Part shown: positions 52,775-64,000 of the stretch, one piece after another
Position numbering within the stretch: the first letter of the stretch is position 1
Layout: each line of letters begins with the position of its first letter
DNA from: Calcarisporiella thermophila CBS 279.70
Lineage: Eukaryota; Fungi; Calcarisporiellomycota
Assembly: GCF_041956535.1 (NCBI RefSeq)
Contig: NW_027192216.1
Span: 315,807 to 379,806, forward strand
Direction of reading: 5' to 3'
Length of the DNA stretch: 64,000 bases
Program-made: the position numbers and the translations under genes
Notes under the pieces: generated by a model
Databases searched by the model: none
Told to the model about the DNA's origin: nothing
The model's input: only the letters and a program-made list of their open reading frames with translations

Positions 52775-54473
52775 ATGGCGCGTCTCTTCTACCTTGCCTG
52801 CTTGCTGGGCGCCGTGTCCGCGGTGGATCTCTCGCGGTTCAGAATCAAGCGTGACGGAGAGGGAGACGTGACCGCTGCCGTCCAAGATGCTGTGAACACT
52901 CTGCTGAACAAAGAGACCCCACTGTAAGTTTTGGATGCATCGGCATGCCGACGTCTTTGATGGCTCACTTTTTTTGCGCCTGCTAGGCTGGTTTGGCCTC
53001 GCCTTACCGAACTGACCGATCTGTTCGGCCATCGCATCACCGGATCGGAATCGCTGGAACGCGCGTTGCAGTACATTGAGACGGTGGCAAAGACAGACAA
53101 CCTGACCGTGATCAGCGAGCCCGTGTCGGTCACGTATTGGAAGCGTGGGCAAGAGTCGCTCTCGCTGGTGTCGCAGCAAAACACCCGCGGTGGCGATCTC
53201 AAGCTGCCAGTGATTGGTCTCGGCAACACCACAACCACGCCAAAGGAGGGATTCACAGCCCCAGTGGTGGTGGTCCATAATGAAGAGGAGTTCAACGCCA
53301 CCGAGGTCAAGGACTCCATTGTGCTCTGGAATGTGCCCTTCACAACCTACGGTGAAACGGTGCGTTTCCGCCGCCGCGGACGTGTCCTCGGCGAACTCAA
53401 GGGCTCCAAGGCCATGCTCATCAGATCCGTCACCCCGTTCTCTCTCAACACCCTTCACACCGGAACTTCCGGCGGAGAGGGCGTTCCAGCTGCCGCGGTC
53501 ACCATCGAGACGGCCGAGTTCCTCGATCGTATGTACACTCGTTGGAAGAACGCCGCAAACTCAACCTCGCCCTATGCCAACGAGTTCAAGCAGCCCGTGG
53601 TGAAGCTTCTGCTGGAAAATGAGAGGCAGCCTAAGCAGAGTAGAAACATTCTGGTGGAGATTAAGGGCCGCGAGCTGCCAGATGAGGTGGTGATTCTGGG
53701 CGGACACATCGACTCGTGGGACGTGGGCGCAGGTAAGGAGTACTTCTCTCTCGCCCCTTTTCAAACAAAGTAATAACCCTCTCCATCCCTGCAACCCCAA
53801 GGTGCCATGGATGACGGCGCCGGGGCCTTCATTGGGTGGGAGGCCGTCCGACTTATTTCCAAGCTCCCGCGTCCTCCCAAGCGTACCATTCGTACAGTGT
53901 TCTGGATGGACGAAGGTAGTTTGCCACCACTTTCTCCAGAGCCCTATTTCCAAGGATGCTAAACCCTTCTCTCAACTTCTAGAGCAAGGCGGATCCGGAT
54001 CCGACGCCTATCTAGCTGCTCGCAAAAAGGATAACACCCTCTCCAAGCATGTCTTTGCCATCGAATCAGACGAGGGCGTATTCCGGCCCTTCGGCCTCTC
54101 GTATAAGGTGACCAAGAACGAAACGGGCCCCCTCGAGAAACTCCAGGAGCTCTCCTCGAAATATCTTGGCCAGCGGGATGGCACCGAGGTGATTTCTGGC
54201 GGGGCAGCAGCGGATATTGAGAATTTGTGCGATAACGGTGTGCCCTGCGCTGCCTGGATGAGCTATGACGCGCTCAAGCGAAACGTTCGGCCGGATCAGC
54301 CCCTGGAGTACAACAGCTACTTCTACTATCATCACACCGATGCGGATACTCCCGAGGCGCTCAACCGCACCGATGTGGAGGAATCCGCGCGCGTGCTTGC
54401 CGCTTGGGCCTATGTGATTGCCGAGGAAGGTGTCGGCGCCGTGCCTCAGGCCCAAAACCAAACCCAAGCATGA
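52775..54473 (+). CDS. Carboxypeptidase Q / PGCP-like M28 metallopeptidase with PA domain, secreted
   Basis: Signal peptide, FGHRITGSESLERA, IRSVTPFSLNTLHTG, GGHIDSWDVG, AMDDGAG, DEEQG, ESDEG and YYHHTDADT. Confidence 0.9.
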
Positions 54474-54849
54474 GCGCCATACCCCACCCCACCCCCACCC
54501 CCCTTGTCTACGAATTGAGGCGCCACTCTTCCGTGAATTATTTATTTATACTACTATGTATTCTCCTATGTATTGACGCCCCCGTCCTCCAATTTTATAT
54601 CTTGCTTTACTTTCTAATGTTACGCTACCCACTTTGCTTGATATTGTAATTTTCACTCGATAAAAGGTCGCATTCACTATGCAGGAGAGATCTTCCGATG
54701 GGGCGCGGCCCCCTTCTAGGTTCAACCCGTGGCTTGGACAATTGAAGTCACACTGCTTAAACGTGTCGTGTTTTTGGCTGGTCCCTTTAAAATTGGAAAA
54801 CGACCGAGTTTCAAACCACTCATCTAGATCCATTTCACTCGGGTATAAA

Positions 54850-55197
54850 ATGACACACACCATTCTTCTACTTCAAAGAACTGGGAGTGTGCAATCGCGC
54901 ACCTGGGCCGAGTTTGAGACGGTCGGCGCCTCCATCGAACACTTGATTGACCTTTATGAGCAGCATCTCACAGAGCAAAACCCCAATCTCTCGCACATTC
55001 AGTACAGCGCTGAAGAGCTCACAGGATACCTGGAAAGGTTCAAGGAGCTTGCCGCTCTGGTCTACGATTCGAAGCAAAAGGCGTATGTGCCCCATGACAA
55101 AGGATGGCTGAGAGAGAGAGTGGTGCAGCAGCTCCTGCGCGATGCACAGGGCGGCGGGCAGAGACACGGCGGAGCTAGAGGTGGGCGAAGGAGGTGA
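54850..55197 (+). CDS. ERH: Enhancer of rudimentary homolog, intronless, with a C-terminal RGG tail
   Basis: MTHTILLLQ..SRTW.EFE..YEQHL..NP....IQY..L..YL..ELAALVY....AYVPHDK.W...V is the ERH signature. Confidence 0.92.
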   Translation: MTHTILLLQRTGSVQSRTWAEFETVGASIEHLIDLYEQHLTEQNPNLSHIQYSAEELTGYLERFKELAALVYDSKQKAYVPHDKGWLRERVVQQLLRDAQGGGQRHGGARGGRRR

Positions 55198-55391
55198 GAG
55201 GATTTCTCACCGTGCATCCCGGCATTAATTTGGGTTTTCTTCTTTTTAATTGAATGTAATTATAACTGATCTTTAATGATGCTTTATGCAAATAAACGCT
55301 TTGACACTGATACCAGGAATGCTCCAGTGGATACAAACACAACTCTTCCCCGGGGGTATAACTGGCCGGGATCAATGGAGTAGACGATAAT

Positions 55392-56653
55392 TTACAATAG
55401 GCTCACCTCCTCTTTATTCGAATCCGCTCGCCCATTCTCTCCTTTTATCGACGGCATGTCTAGCGGGAGTCTATTTGAGGGGGCGCCGGAGACCTGTAGC
55501 GCTAAGTCACGTACCATTTTCCGAAGCTCATAGAGCTCTTGCTCACTTTTGGACATTTGGTCCGAGGTATGCTACGTTGGGAGGGGAGAATTCAAGAGAA
55601 CGCGTGGGGTTGGGTGGAAAACAGACCCGACCTACCTTTAATCCCATGAACATCTTATGTAGCATGGTCTCATACTGCTTCACGATGAATCGCTCGTCCA
55701 GCGCGTCTAGTGCATTCCTTACCATTTTAGCGGTCGAAGACCTGCCATATTAACTTTGTTAGAGTACTGGGTCTCCCGGGCTGGAAGGAAAACAACGAAA
55801 CCTACTTTGCATCCTCGAAGGCTAGTCTTGGCATAAACTCTGCATACTGCTCCTGTGAATTTTCCTTCATATTCTCGACCTTAACGTCCACCTTTTCGAA
55901 CCTTTCCTCCTCCTCGCCTCTCACACGTCCTCTACTATCCTCTCTTGGAACGCGCCAAAATCCGTATGCGTAGCGATGGGTTGCTCTTGTGGGGGTGGCA
56001 TTTCCTTGACACAGCATGAAAACAAAACACTTTCTCCCAAAACGCGCGGCCAGCTGGCGCGCAATGCGCTCCTCCCGTAGTGTTGGGCGCAATTCGGTTT
56101 GTCTTCTGAATTTCACGTATCCTACAATAAAATCCTATTACATTGAGAAAGAGCAAATTAATGGGCGTATAATGAGGAATTGATGGGGGGTCAAAGACAG
56201 AAAATATAGCAACACTCACGGTTTCAGGAACTAGGCTCTTCACCATTTCATGGTTCACGTTCCCAACTGCATCGTAGAACTTTGGGATTTCCAGGGGGAG
56301 CATAAAGCTTCCCTTCAGCACTAACGTCGGAAATATGAGTCAGAATTCTAATCGCCAGCCTAGCACGCTAGAAAATAAGATACTGACTAAGGTGGATTTC
56401 ATGGGTCACTCGCACCGTATCCGAAAAATCGTCTACATGCTGCTGCTTCTGCTTTAAAAACGACCCCGTAATGAATCCCTCCTATAATAAGCCCATGTTA
56501 ATATTTGAGCTCGAGCCATCCTACGATCCAGAATAGATTTACGCAATCTCCAGAAGAGTTTGAGCAATCGTAGAGAAGATTGGACAGAAATGTGCTTGTG
56601 CAGTGAATTTTGAGACTGGAATGGGGTAGGGAATCAGTACTAGAGGATGTCAT
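55392..56653 (-). CDS. Abraxas/FAM175-like MPN- scaffold (BRCA1-A / BRISC complex subunit)
   Basis: Spliced GDCEGFITG..DD..FYDAVGNVN..IVGYVKFRRQT..PTLRE..VFMLC..ATHRY matches the Abraxas pattern (EGFLLG..FY..G.VN..VGWYKFRR....TFRE..THR). A C-terminal coiled coil follows. Confidence 0.8.
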
Positions 56654-56918
56654 AACGGATATTAGTGCTTTTTTCTGGAATTTCGAGCGAACTTAATTAA
56701 ATGAAAAATATAGCTTGGCTATCTCAAGTTGGATACACGCTCATAAGACGAGAGATCCAATGTGAAAATCGAAGTAATGGGTCCACACATATTGCGTTGG
56801 AAAATGCACAACAAAATAATTACCATTATATTTCAAAACAGAGAGAGGGAGAAAAAAAAACAAAACATTATATCAAACTAGTGTATATACTTTTTTGTTA
56901 TCCAATCCGGTTCGCACT

Positions 56919-58383
56919 CTAATTCGGCGCCCCTTCCACTAGTCGGAAGATATTGTACAATAAAACAGACCATACATCCATGGGCCCAGGAATGCAATAG
57001 CGCCAGCAATCTTTCCCGCCCACATGCCCATCCGGTCGCATGCTCATCATATGAGTAACATCTAAGAAGATTCCGCCCGCTTTCTCCACGAGCTCTCTAG
57101 CTATCGCATTCTGCCGTGCAAAGTCCTGCCAATGGTATGGGGCATCCTGCAAATCTGCAGCCGTCAGCGGCTGTGCGTAGGGAGCAGTGGCGCTGTCACA
57201 GTCCAGGTGTCCGGGATAAGTGCTCCGGAAGATGAGCAGCTTATTGGGGTAATTTTTGCGGACATCCGCAAGCGACTCGGCCAACGTCTTCCGATAGTCT
57301 TCGTCGGGAACATAGTGTGCACCACGGTTCATAATAACTACGCCGTAACTATTGATAATAGGGTAGCGTTAAATATCACCGAGCAGCACGAAGAGCCTTT
57401 ATATCTGGAAAAAAAAGGAGGTAGGGTGTCAGGATACTCACTATTTGATAACGGAGTTAGCGATCCAGGGCTGCTCAACTATCTCGACGCTCGGGTGGCC
57501 TCCCTCGAGCCGTGGATTTTTCCGCCCATTGGAAAGAATATCGTTGCGCACATAGCGAATTCGAGCGTCTTTGTAAAGGCTTGTCGCGGGACACAGGGTA
57601 TGATCTAAGGAGGATAGAGTAAGCACATTTGTTTGGGGCAGTTAGATCCGGGCAAGAACATCCACCTTTGCAGCTGAGCGTTCCATAGCAGACGGTAGGG
57701 CCATCCCGGAATGTATCCAGCAATAGATCGTGCAGCTGATACTGCAGCTCATCGCCCACAATAAGAGTATGTCTTCCGTTTAGCATTTTACACCAATGTT
57801 CTCTATCCACAGGCATCAGCGGGCATGTGTCATTGGTGTGCCAAATGTACTTCGCCGCATCGTACATCTGCCATTCGCTGCTCGAATTTTCATTGAGCTG
57901 TTTTCTGTATCGTTTCTCGCATTTGCCAAATATCGGATCTTGAAAATGTTTGATTAGTTTCCTTGGGGTATTATCGTAGATCCAAGCTCCGCGGGTGTAG
58001 CAGTTGACGATATTTCTCACGCGCTCGGCCTCCTCACGGGTCGTAATTGGACTGCCTGGGATCCCTTCAATTTGGAATTTAGCAAACATTCGATCGGCGA
58101 CATCACGAGCTACCGCGACAGCTGCTGCCTCTTGCTGTGAATAGTTATCGTTGATCCACTTGGACTGGCGGATCCAGGCATCCTTACGCTCATTGACCTG
58201 GGCGGGCAATGGCGGTATTGGGGACGGAATTCGGACGGATGTGGAATGGGGGGTTGATGGCAGGTTATTGAAGGAGGGTTTATCGAATGTGCGCACAAAA
58301 TGATAGAGGAGTCCTAAGATGACGAGGTAAATGAAGTAATGATGCCACGATGTCCGCGATGGACCTGCATGATTGCCTATCAT
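56919..58383 (-). CDS. TBL/PMR5/PC-esterase (SGNH-like O-acyltransferase) family type II membrane protein with substituted catalytic motifs
   Basis: Transmembrane helix, C..G.W, Y.W...C, IVGDELQYQL, NRGAHY, IFRSTYPGH, RPDGH, and DCWRYCIPGPMDVWSVLLY. Confidence 0.8.
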
Positions 58384-58681
58384 CTTAATGCACTATTATG
58401 AGCTGGATGGAATGTCTATTTTTATTCAATGAAAATATATAATTAAAACGAATAAGCCACACGCTGAAGGGAGATCTTAAATCGACGATAGTCCAGGAAA
58501 ATCAAGACATATTTGCCGCCGCGATACCCTATTAGCTTCGGTGTGAAAAAAAAACTGCTCACTAGTTTTAATTAATTATCAAGATTGATACCGTCCTATA
58601 CCATATAATATTTCAATATATCCTATATCATCATGAGAATTTCAATTTAAGTATACTCTGCTCTAACAATACCATTTTCCG

Positions 58682-61600
58682 ATGAGACCGCAACGACGCC
58701 CTTCCTCCTCCTCCAATGGTCACATTCATCCTTACCATTCAGTGCTTCCTTACTCAACAGACGAGCGCCGCGTATTTACACTCTCCATCCACGATGACCG
58801 CGTTTCAGCTCACCAACTTATAGTTAATCCAGATCACCTTCCTGCATGGCGGGAGGATCAACTCCTGGAAATTATTCCGATCGGGGTGGAGGAAAGAGAC
58901 CAAAGATTAATATTGAAAGGCGAGATTGACCGTGAAATGCTCACAAAGAAACCGCAAATACAAGTAGTATAAAAAACATCGATGCTCGTCCGGGATGTGA
59001 ATTGTACTTACAGCTTCATTGTTTGCCTCCAGATATCCATTAATATTAATGTCGCGAAGGTATTTAACTTACAGCACAACCAAGACGTGTTCCTTCAAAC
59101 GGTTCGTACTTCATCCGATCTGGTTTCACACGGATTTCTTGTTATATAAGCGATTTGATCTATGTAGGTGTCGAACTCCTCAGTAGAGGCGGAGCATGTC
59201 GAACTCGTGTTCCGAGACGCGTTTCTTGGCCGGAACGACATGTGGCGTCTTAGGAAGAGCCTCGAAGGGTCCTGCGTTTACGTAGAACAGAAGCTGTATT
59301 CGTGGGATTGCTTCCATATTCTGGTGAAGGAAATCTACATTAATGGGGAATCCGTTAGTATTTGCTAGGGCCCGCGCTGAGTTCCGACTAGATCTAATTT
59401 AGCTGTGCTCTTTTTGTTTCCTAGGTGGCGAGCGGCTACATAACGGCCAACACGCGGATCGTGTTTCGGTCCAAATCCGCGAAATACATTCTCTTCATAC
59501 AAATGTCGCGAGAAATGTGGGAGTTTGACGAAGACGGCGAGCTGCGCTTCGAGAAGTGCGTGTATGGATTTCTACCTCAGCTGTTCACGCGATGGAAAGA
59601 ACACGCCACCAACCATTCCGTCACCATCATTTTGTTCGCCCGGGTTTACTATGACAAGGACCCGGTCGCACTCTCTGCAATTGCGGACGAATGCATCCTT
59701 CGGGACCCGCGGTCGGGACGAGCGTACAAGGATTTCTATGAGGTGGTGGTTGAGAATGAGAACCGCCACGACTGGAATTCGATTATTGTAACTCTAAAGG
59801 AGGAATTCCTTAAATTCCAACACCGTGTTCTACTGCGCAACGAGGGCGACGGCGTAGCTGTGCTTGATGGGATGATCTCGCGTGCCTTCGAAGGCAATAT
59901 TCTCGAGGCGGTGCACATGGCATTGAATCCGTTCATTAAGCATTACATCGACCGTGACCTGATGCGCACGGGGCTGTCGATTCTGATCGTCACGCCCGGG
60001 TCGGGCAAGTTTCTGGTGGACAAGAAAATGCTGCAGCTAGCCACAACAAGGATGAACGAAAACGGTGTGTCCCTGGATCTGGTCTGCCTTTCCAAAGTCC
60101 CACTACACACGGCCCCCCTCCTGGTGTTTTACTCAGCGCCATCGAGTCGAACCCAAAAATCGGCGACCCATTGCCCAGCCACGGCCGCGGCCTCCTCCTC
60201 CAGCTCCACGGCGGATCCCCTTGATAAATCCGACGCCCAATCCGACCAACTTCGCCCGGACCCACTCTTCTCCGATGACGATCTCAATGTGAAGGCCACG
60301 GAGGTCTTCATGGTTCCGCATTGGATCCAGTGTAATTTCTTCAACGGCCAAACTCAAACGCTTGCCGCCCCTAGGGCGCGCTTCGAGGCCCAGTGTAAGA
60401 TGTACGAGGTTCAAATGATGGGCATTATGGAGCATGAGATTGCTGGAATATCGATACCGTGGATGGATATTGTCGCGGAAAATTTAGAGGCCTACGACGA
60501 GGAGATTTTTTGCCCCAACAAGGAAAACATCCTGTCGCCGGTTGCCCCGTCGGCATCGGGACCCGTCCTGCCCCCCGCCGCGACACCTCTTACTACGTCC
60601 TCAGTGGACGTGCCAATAGCAACCGCGAATACTGAGGAGTTTAAGGTCGGGGACGAGAAGCAAAATGCCGAGAGCACTTTAGCAGACGGGGGAAGCACCA
60701 CGCTTAGCGTCCAGAGCAGTCAAGTGAGTTTAAACGATAATTTGGTGGTGGCGGTACAAGATGCGACCACGGAAGTGAACGTGAAAAACTTGGCGGTGAG
60801 GGCCCCATCGCTTATGATGACGAGCATCAACCCCAATCGAACGGTCGAACGAGAACGACAATTATCTGCAGCATTGCGAGACAACTCGATCATCTCAAAT
60901 GGGGGACAAAATACCGCCGGTGGTGCACCCGGCCCGAGACCCGTCTATCCACAAATGACCGCCTCTCCTAGAGGCATAGGCGAGGACGAGTGGAAGGGGC
61001 CTGTGGATGTGTACCGCCCATGGCCAGAAGGCTCTTCTGAAAACGGTGTAGGAGGGAGTGGAGCTCGGCCTATGCTGGATCGACAGTCCTCGAATATATC
61101 CACGACGGCGGCTCTGGGGATGCGGAGCACGAAAAACACGACGCCGCCGGAGGTGGACGGCTATTCAGCCGCTCAAGAGCTTGCCATCGCGCACCAGGGA
61201 CCACAGCAGCCTTACCAGCAGAAGACGAACTACCAGCCACAGTCACACCACAATCCAAACGCAGCACATCCACTACAACTACTACAACAAAACCATCAGC
61301 AAGGCCCGGTTGAGGCGGAAATTCTAGCAGAGGATGAGCCTGCGCTCTTCTTGCTTGCCAAAGTCCAGCCCATCAATATTGGGCGACCACAGAGTCGCGT
61401 AGGAGCTCGGCGTCCACTTCACCAGCGGATCTCCCCTTCGAATGGCGGTGGGGGGGATTTATATTCTCGCTCTTCCGAGCAAATGCGCCGGTATACGCGC
61501 TATTCGCCAAGCCATTGGCAACCTGCAAAGCAGACGTATCTTAACCCATGCAATCCCTCGAACTCGGTGCGCCATAAGTGTCGCGACCTTGGACGATGGA

Positions 61601-64000
61601 GCCATGTGTACCGCACGCCTCCACCGATGGAACTAAACGAGGAGATTCATTGGACCTCCCTCTGTACCCCTGCGTGCCTTCCGCTGACCACCGATCACTG
61701 CCCGACAAAAGAGCAGCTTGGAAGCAACAGCTTTATGGCCTATACTTACACGATTTCTCCGGGGGAGGAGCAGTTGAGCGAACGGGCCCACGACTCGCAG
61801 AAGCAGCTGCAGTATCTTTTGGACGAGCTTGTAGGGCAGCGTCTAGCGCAAGGGTTTCAGCTGGTGTCCTCCCCTAGTGGAGCAGGCGCCTCCGGGCAAT
61901 TTGGAAGACTTTTCAAGAGATCCAATGCTTTCCAAGCGTCCCCCCTCTCAAGGCGCTTTGTGGCAAGCGTAGCCATGGAGAAAACCAAAAGTACTGAGCG
62001 AAGAGGTAGTCGGGACGATGGGGCGACGAGTCTCTTCCCCGCACAAGCCTCCTATACGCTGACGCTCGGGCATCACGTGCACGAGCTTCGAACCGACTAC
62101 GCCGACCAGAGCATCGAAGTGAAACGCTATATACGCAACTTAGCGTACGACGCTACCGCGGAAATTCGATACGCGTGCGCAGTATGGCCCAAGGGGCACG
62201 ATAAATTCCACCCGCGATTTGTCAAATTCTTCCCCGGGGATTTACAGCGATTCGATTGGAATGCGCTTGACCTGTGGATCTGCGGCTATAGGGTTGAGCA
62301 GATCACGGCGCCCCAGCGGTATTGGCGGATCAGGTTCCTTGTGATACCGACGGAGATACCCGCGGGCTCTCCCGCCACGGGCGCCGGTGGCGCCATGGGC
62401 TCCGGGGGAGAGGTGTATTCGGAGGAGGAGATGCGAGTGGAGTGCTATCTGAAGTTTTTAGAGCTCTTCCGAAAGGCCAAGCTCGGAACCCAGGACGAAG
62501 ACCGCAAGCTTAATGGAAAGCGAGAGAAGGTAGGCGCACGCTCACTTAGAGAGTGACTTAAAGGTTGGGCCATTTGCTGAACTCTCTCCATTTAGCCGAA
62601 TACCCAGCTTCGCATCGTGTTTACCACCATGACACCCGCGGCCTATGTGACGCAGGAGCTGCTGAATATTGCCGAAACCAACTCGTCTTTAGTCCATGTC
62701 GGGCCCCACCCATTTCCCCATGCCGCCTCCCCGCTCACCACCGACACAAGGGTGGACAAGATCATGCACGCCCTCCAGAATGGGGTCATTATTTCGGATC
62801 GCCGATGGGGCTTGCGCGAGCATCGGCAGGTCTTTGTCGGCAGTGACCTCGTCGACTGGATCCTACGCGAATTTTCGGATATCGACACGCGGGTCGAGGC
62901 TACCAGGTTTGGCGCGCAGCTATTGCGCCGAGGCCTCATCGAGCACTCGCGACGACGACATGGCTTTCTGGATGGATTCTATTTCTATCGGGTGAAACCG
63001 CCCTACGCAAAACCCGACGGCGCCAGCGCAAGGCAGACGCTGGTGTCCCACTCGATCATGGAGGTCTCGACCGCGGCGAGCGGGGGGGGTGAAAAGGAGA
63101 GAGGATTGCAGAAGGCCCGGCTCTCCATCCAGCGGCATCTCTCCAGCCCAAGCGTGAGCAGCCCGGGCGGCTTTAGTGAGCCGGCGCAGAACACCATCAG
63201 GATCCAGCTCAAGATGAGCAATAGCTTTGACGCAAGCGTGGATCCTTCGCGCAAAAGCGACCGCAAAGAAATCATCACCGTGCACTACCCCACCATCCTA
63301 AGCGTGCGCAACTGCTATCACCTGCACTTCACCTGGTTGGGCACGACCACTCGCCTGATCGACGAGCTGATTCGCTTCTGGCAACACCAAATGGAGCGCT
63401 TAGGCCTTCGACTTGTCGAGGCGCCGGTCGAGCAAGCACCCTATGACGCGTCCGACCAGGGCTTCAACGACAACCCCTTCGCATCCCCCATACCCATTCA
63501 CATCAGCGTGCCGCCGCCCAGCCAAGAGGAGGTGAAGCGGAGGCTTGGGGTTGAGATCAATTTGCCTTGGCTGTTCTGGGAGTGCGAGCTTCTGCGCCGT
63601 CATGATTTTCTCTTGGATAGAGAGTCCGAATCGCGCTACCCCTTCACGGAACCCACCTCGTCCAAGCTGGCCCCGGGCACCCCTCTGGCTGAAAAGAAGG
63701 ATCTGGACCAACCGGATTGGTTCAAGCACGTTGAACTGAACCGGACCTACTCGTACCAACGCACCAAATACCTCTACACGCAATATGTGCATCGATCCGG
63801 CGTAGGTCTAGTGCAGATACGAAGACCGTGCGAATATCTCTGGATACAAAATCACCTCTTTTTGTCACGTCTATCGACCTTGGCCCCGTCTGCCCCCTCT
63901 AACGCGCCTCCAACTGCGATCTCCAACCCCAGTGTACCCGGGCAGGGCAGCTTTCCATCCGGTGGCTTTAACAGTGGCTCAGCCCCCGCGCTTGGGAACA
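58682..64000 (+). CDS. IML1: GATOR1/SEACIT subunit Iml1/DEPDC5 (3' end beyond the window)
   Basis: FRDAFLGRNDMWR, VFRSKSAKYILFIQMSREMWEFD, GNILEAVHMALN..YIDRDL.RTG, WTSLCTPACLPLTTD, QRLAQGFQLV, and DEP domain FVGSDLVDW..GFLDGFYFY. Confidence 0.95.

Overview
This is eukaryotic, intron-rich fungal genomic DNA, and the bacterial-style ORF track only captures exon fragments. The gene content (FAM72, ERH, Abraxas/FAM175, multi-BRC BRCA2, carboxypeptidase Q and a PL38-type lyase, next to fungal GH72/Gas and Ssn6) points to an early-diverging, non-Dikarya fungus such as Mucoromycota or Zoopagomycota. That assignment is inference. I reconstructed 24 protein-coding genes by hand from GT-AG introns, and one tRNA-Ser(GCU). 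In order they are ELP5, FAM72-like, GH72 Gas, CDH1/FZR, a REC-PDE phosphodiesterase, BRCA2/Brh2, ML/NPC2, BBP/SF1, SSN6, a GH47 mannosidase, DOP1, tRNA-Ser, a PX-PB1-like ORF, Yippee, a monoglyceride lipase, ARP4, mitochondrial S18, a C2/MUN protein, a DH RhoGEF, a PL38-like lyase, CPQ, ERH, Abraxas, a TBL/PC-esterase-like protein and a partial IML1/DEPDC5. I saw no transposons or CRISPR arrays. The most notable unexplained signals are a ~900-nt highly self-complementary intergenic region (37.0-37.95 kb) ending in an Sm-like site, a candidate C/D-box RNA at 0.2-0.46 kb, an in-frame CUG start in optimal context on FAM72, a RegA-like receiver-PDE fusion, a catalytically altered TBL-type esterase, a homopolymer frameshift in BBP, and a strong AT-to-GC compositional shift across the window. 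Gene coordinates span start to stop codon, including introns, and were read by eye.
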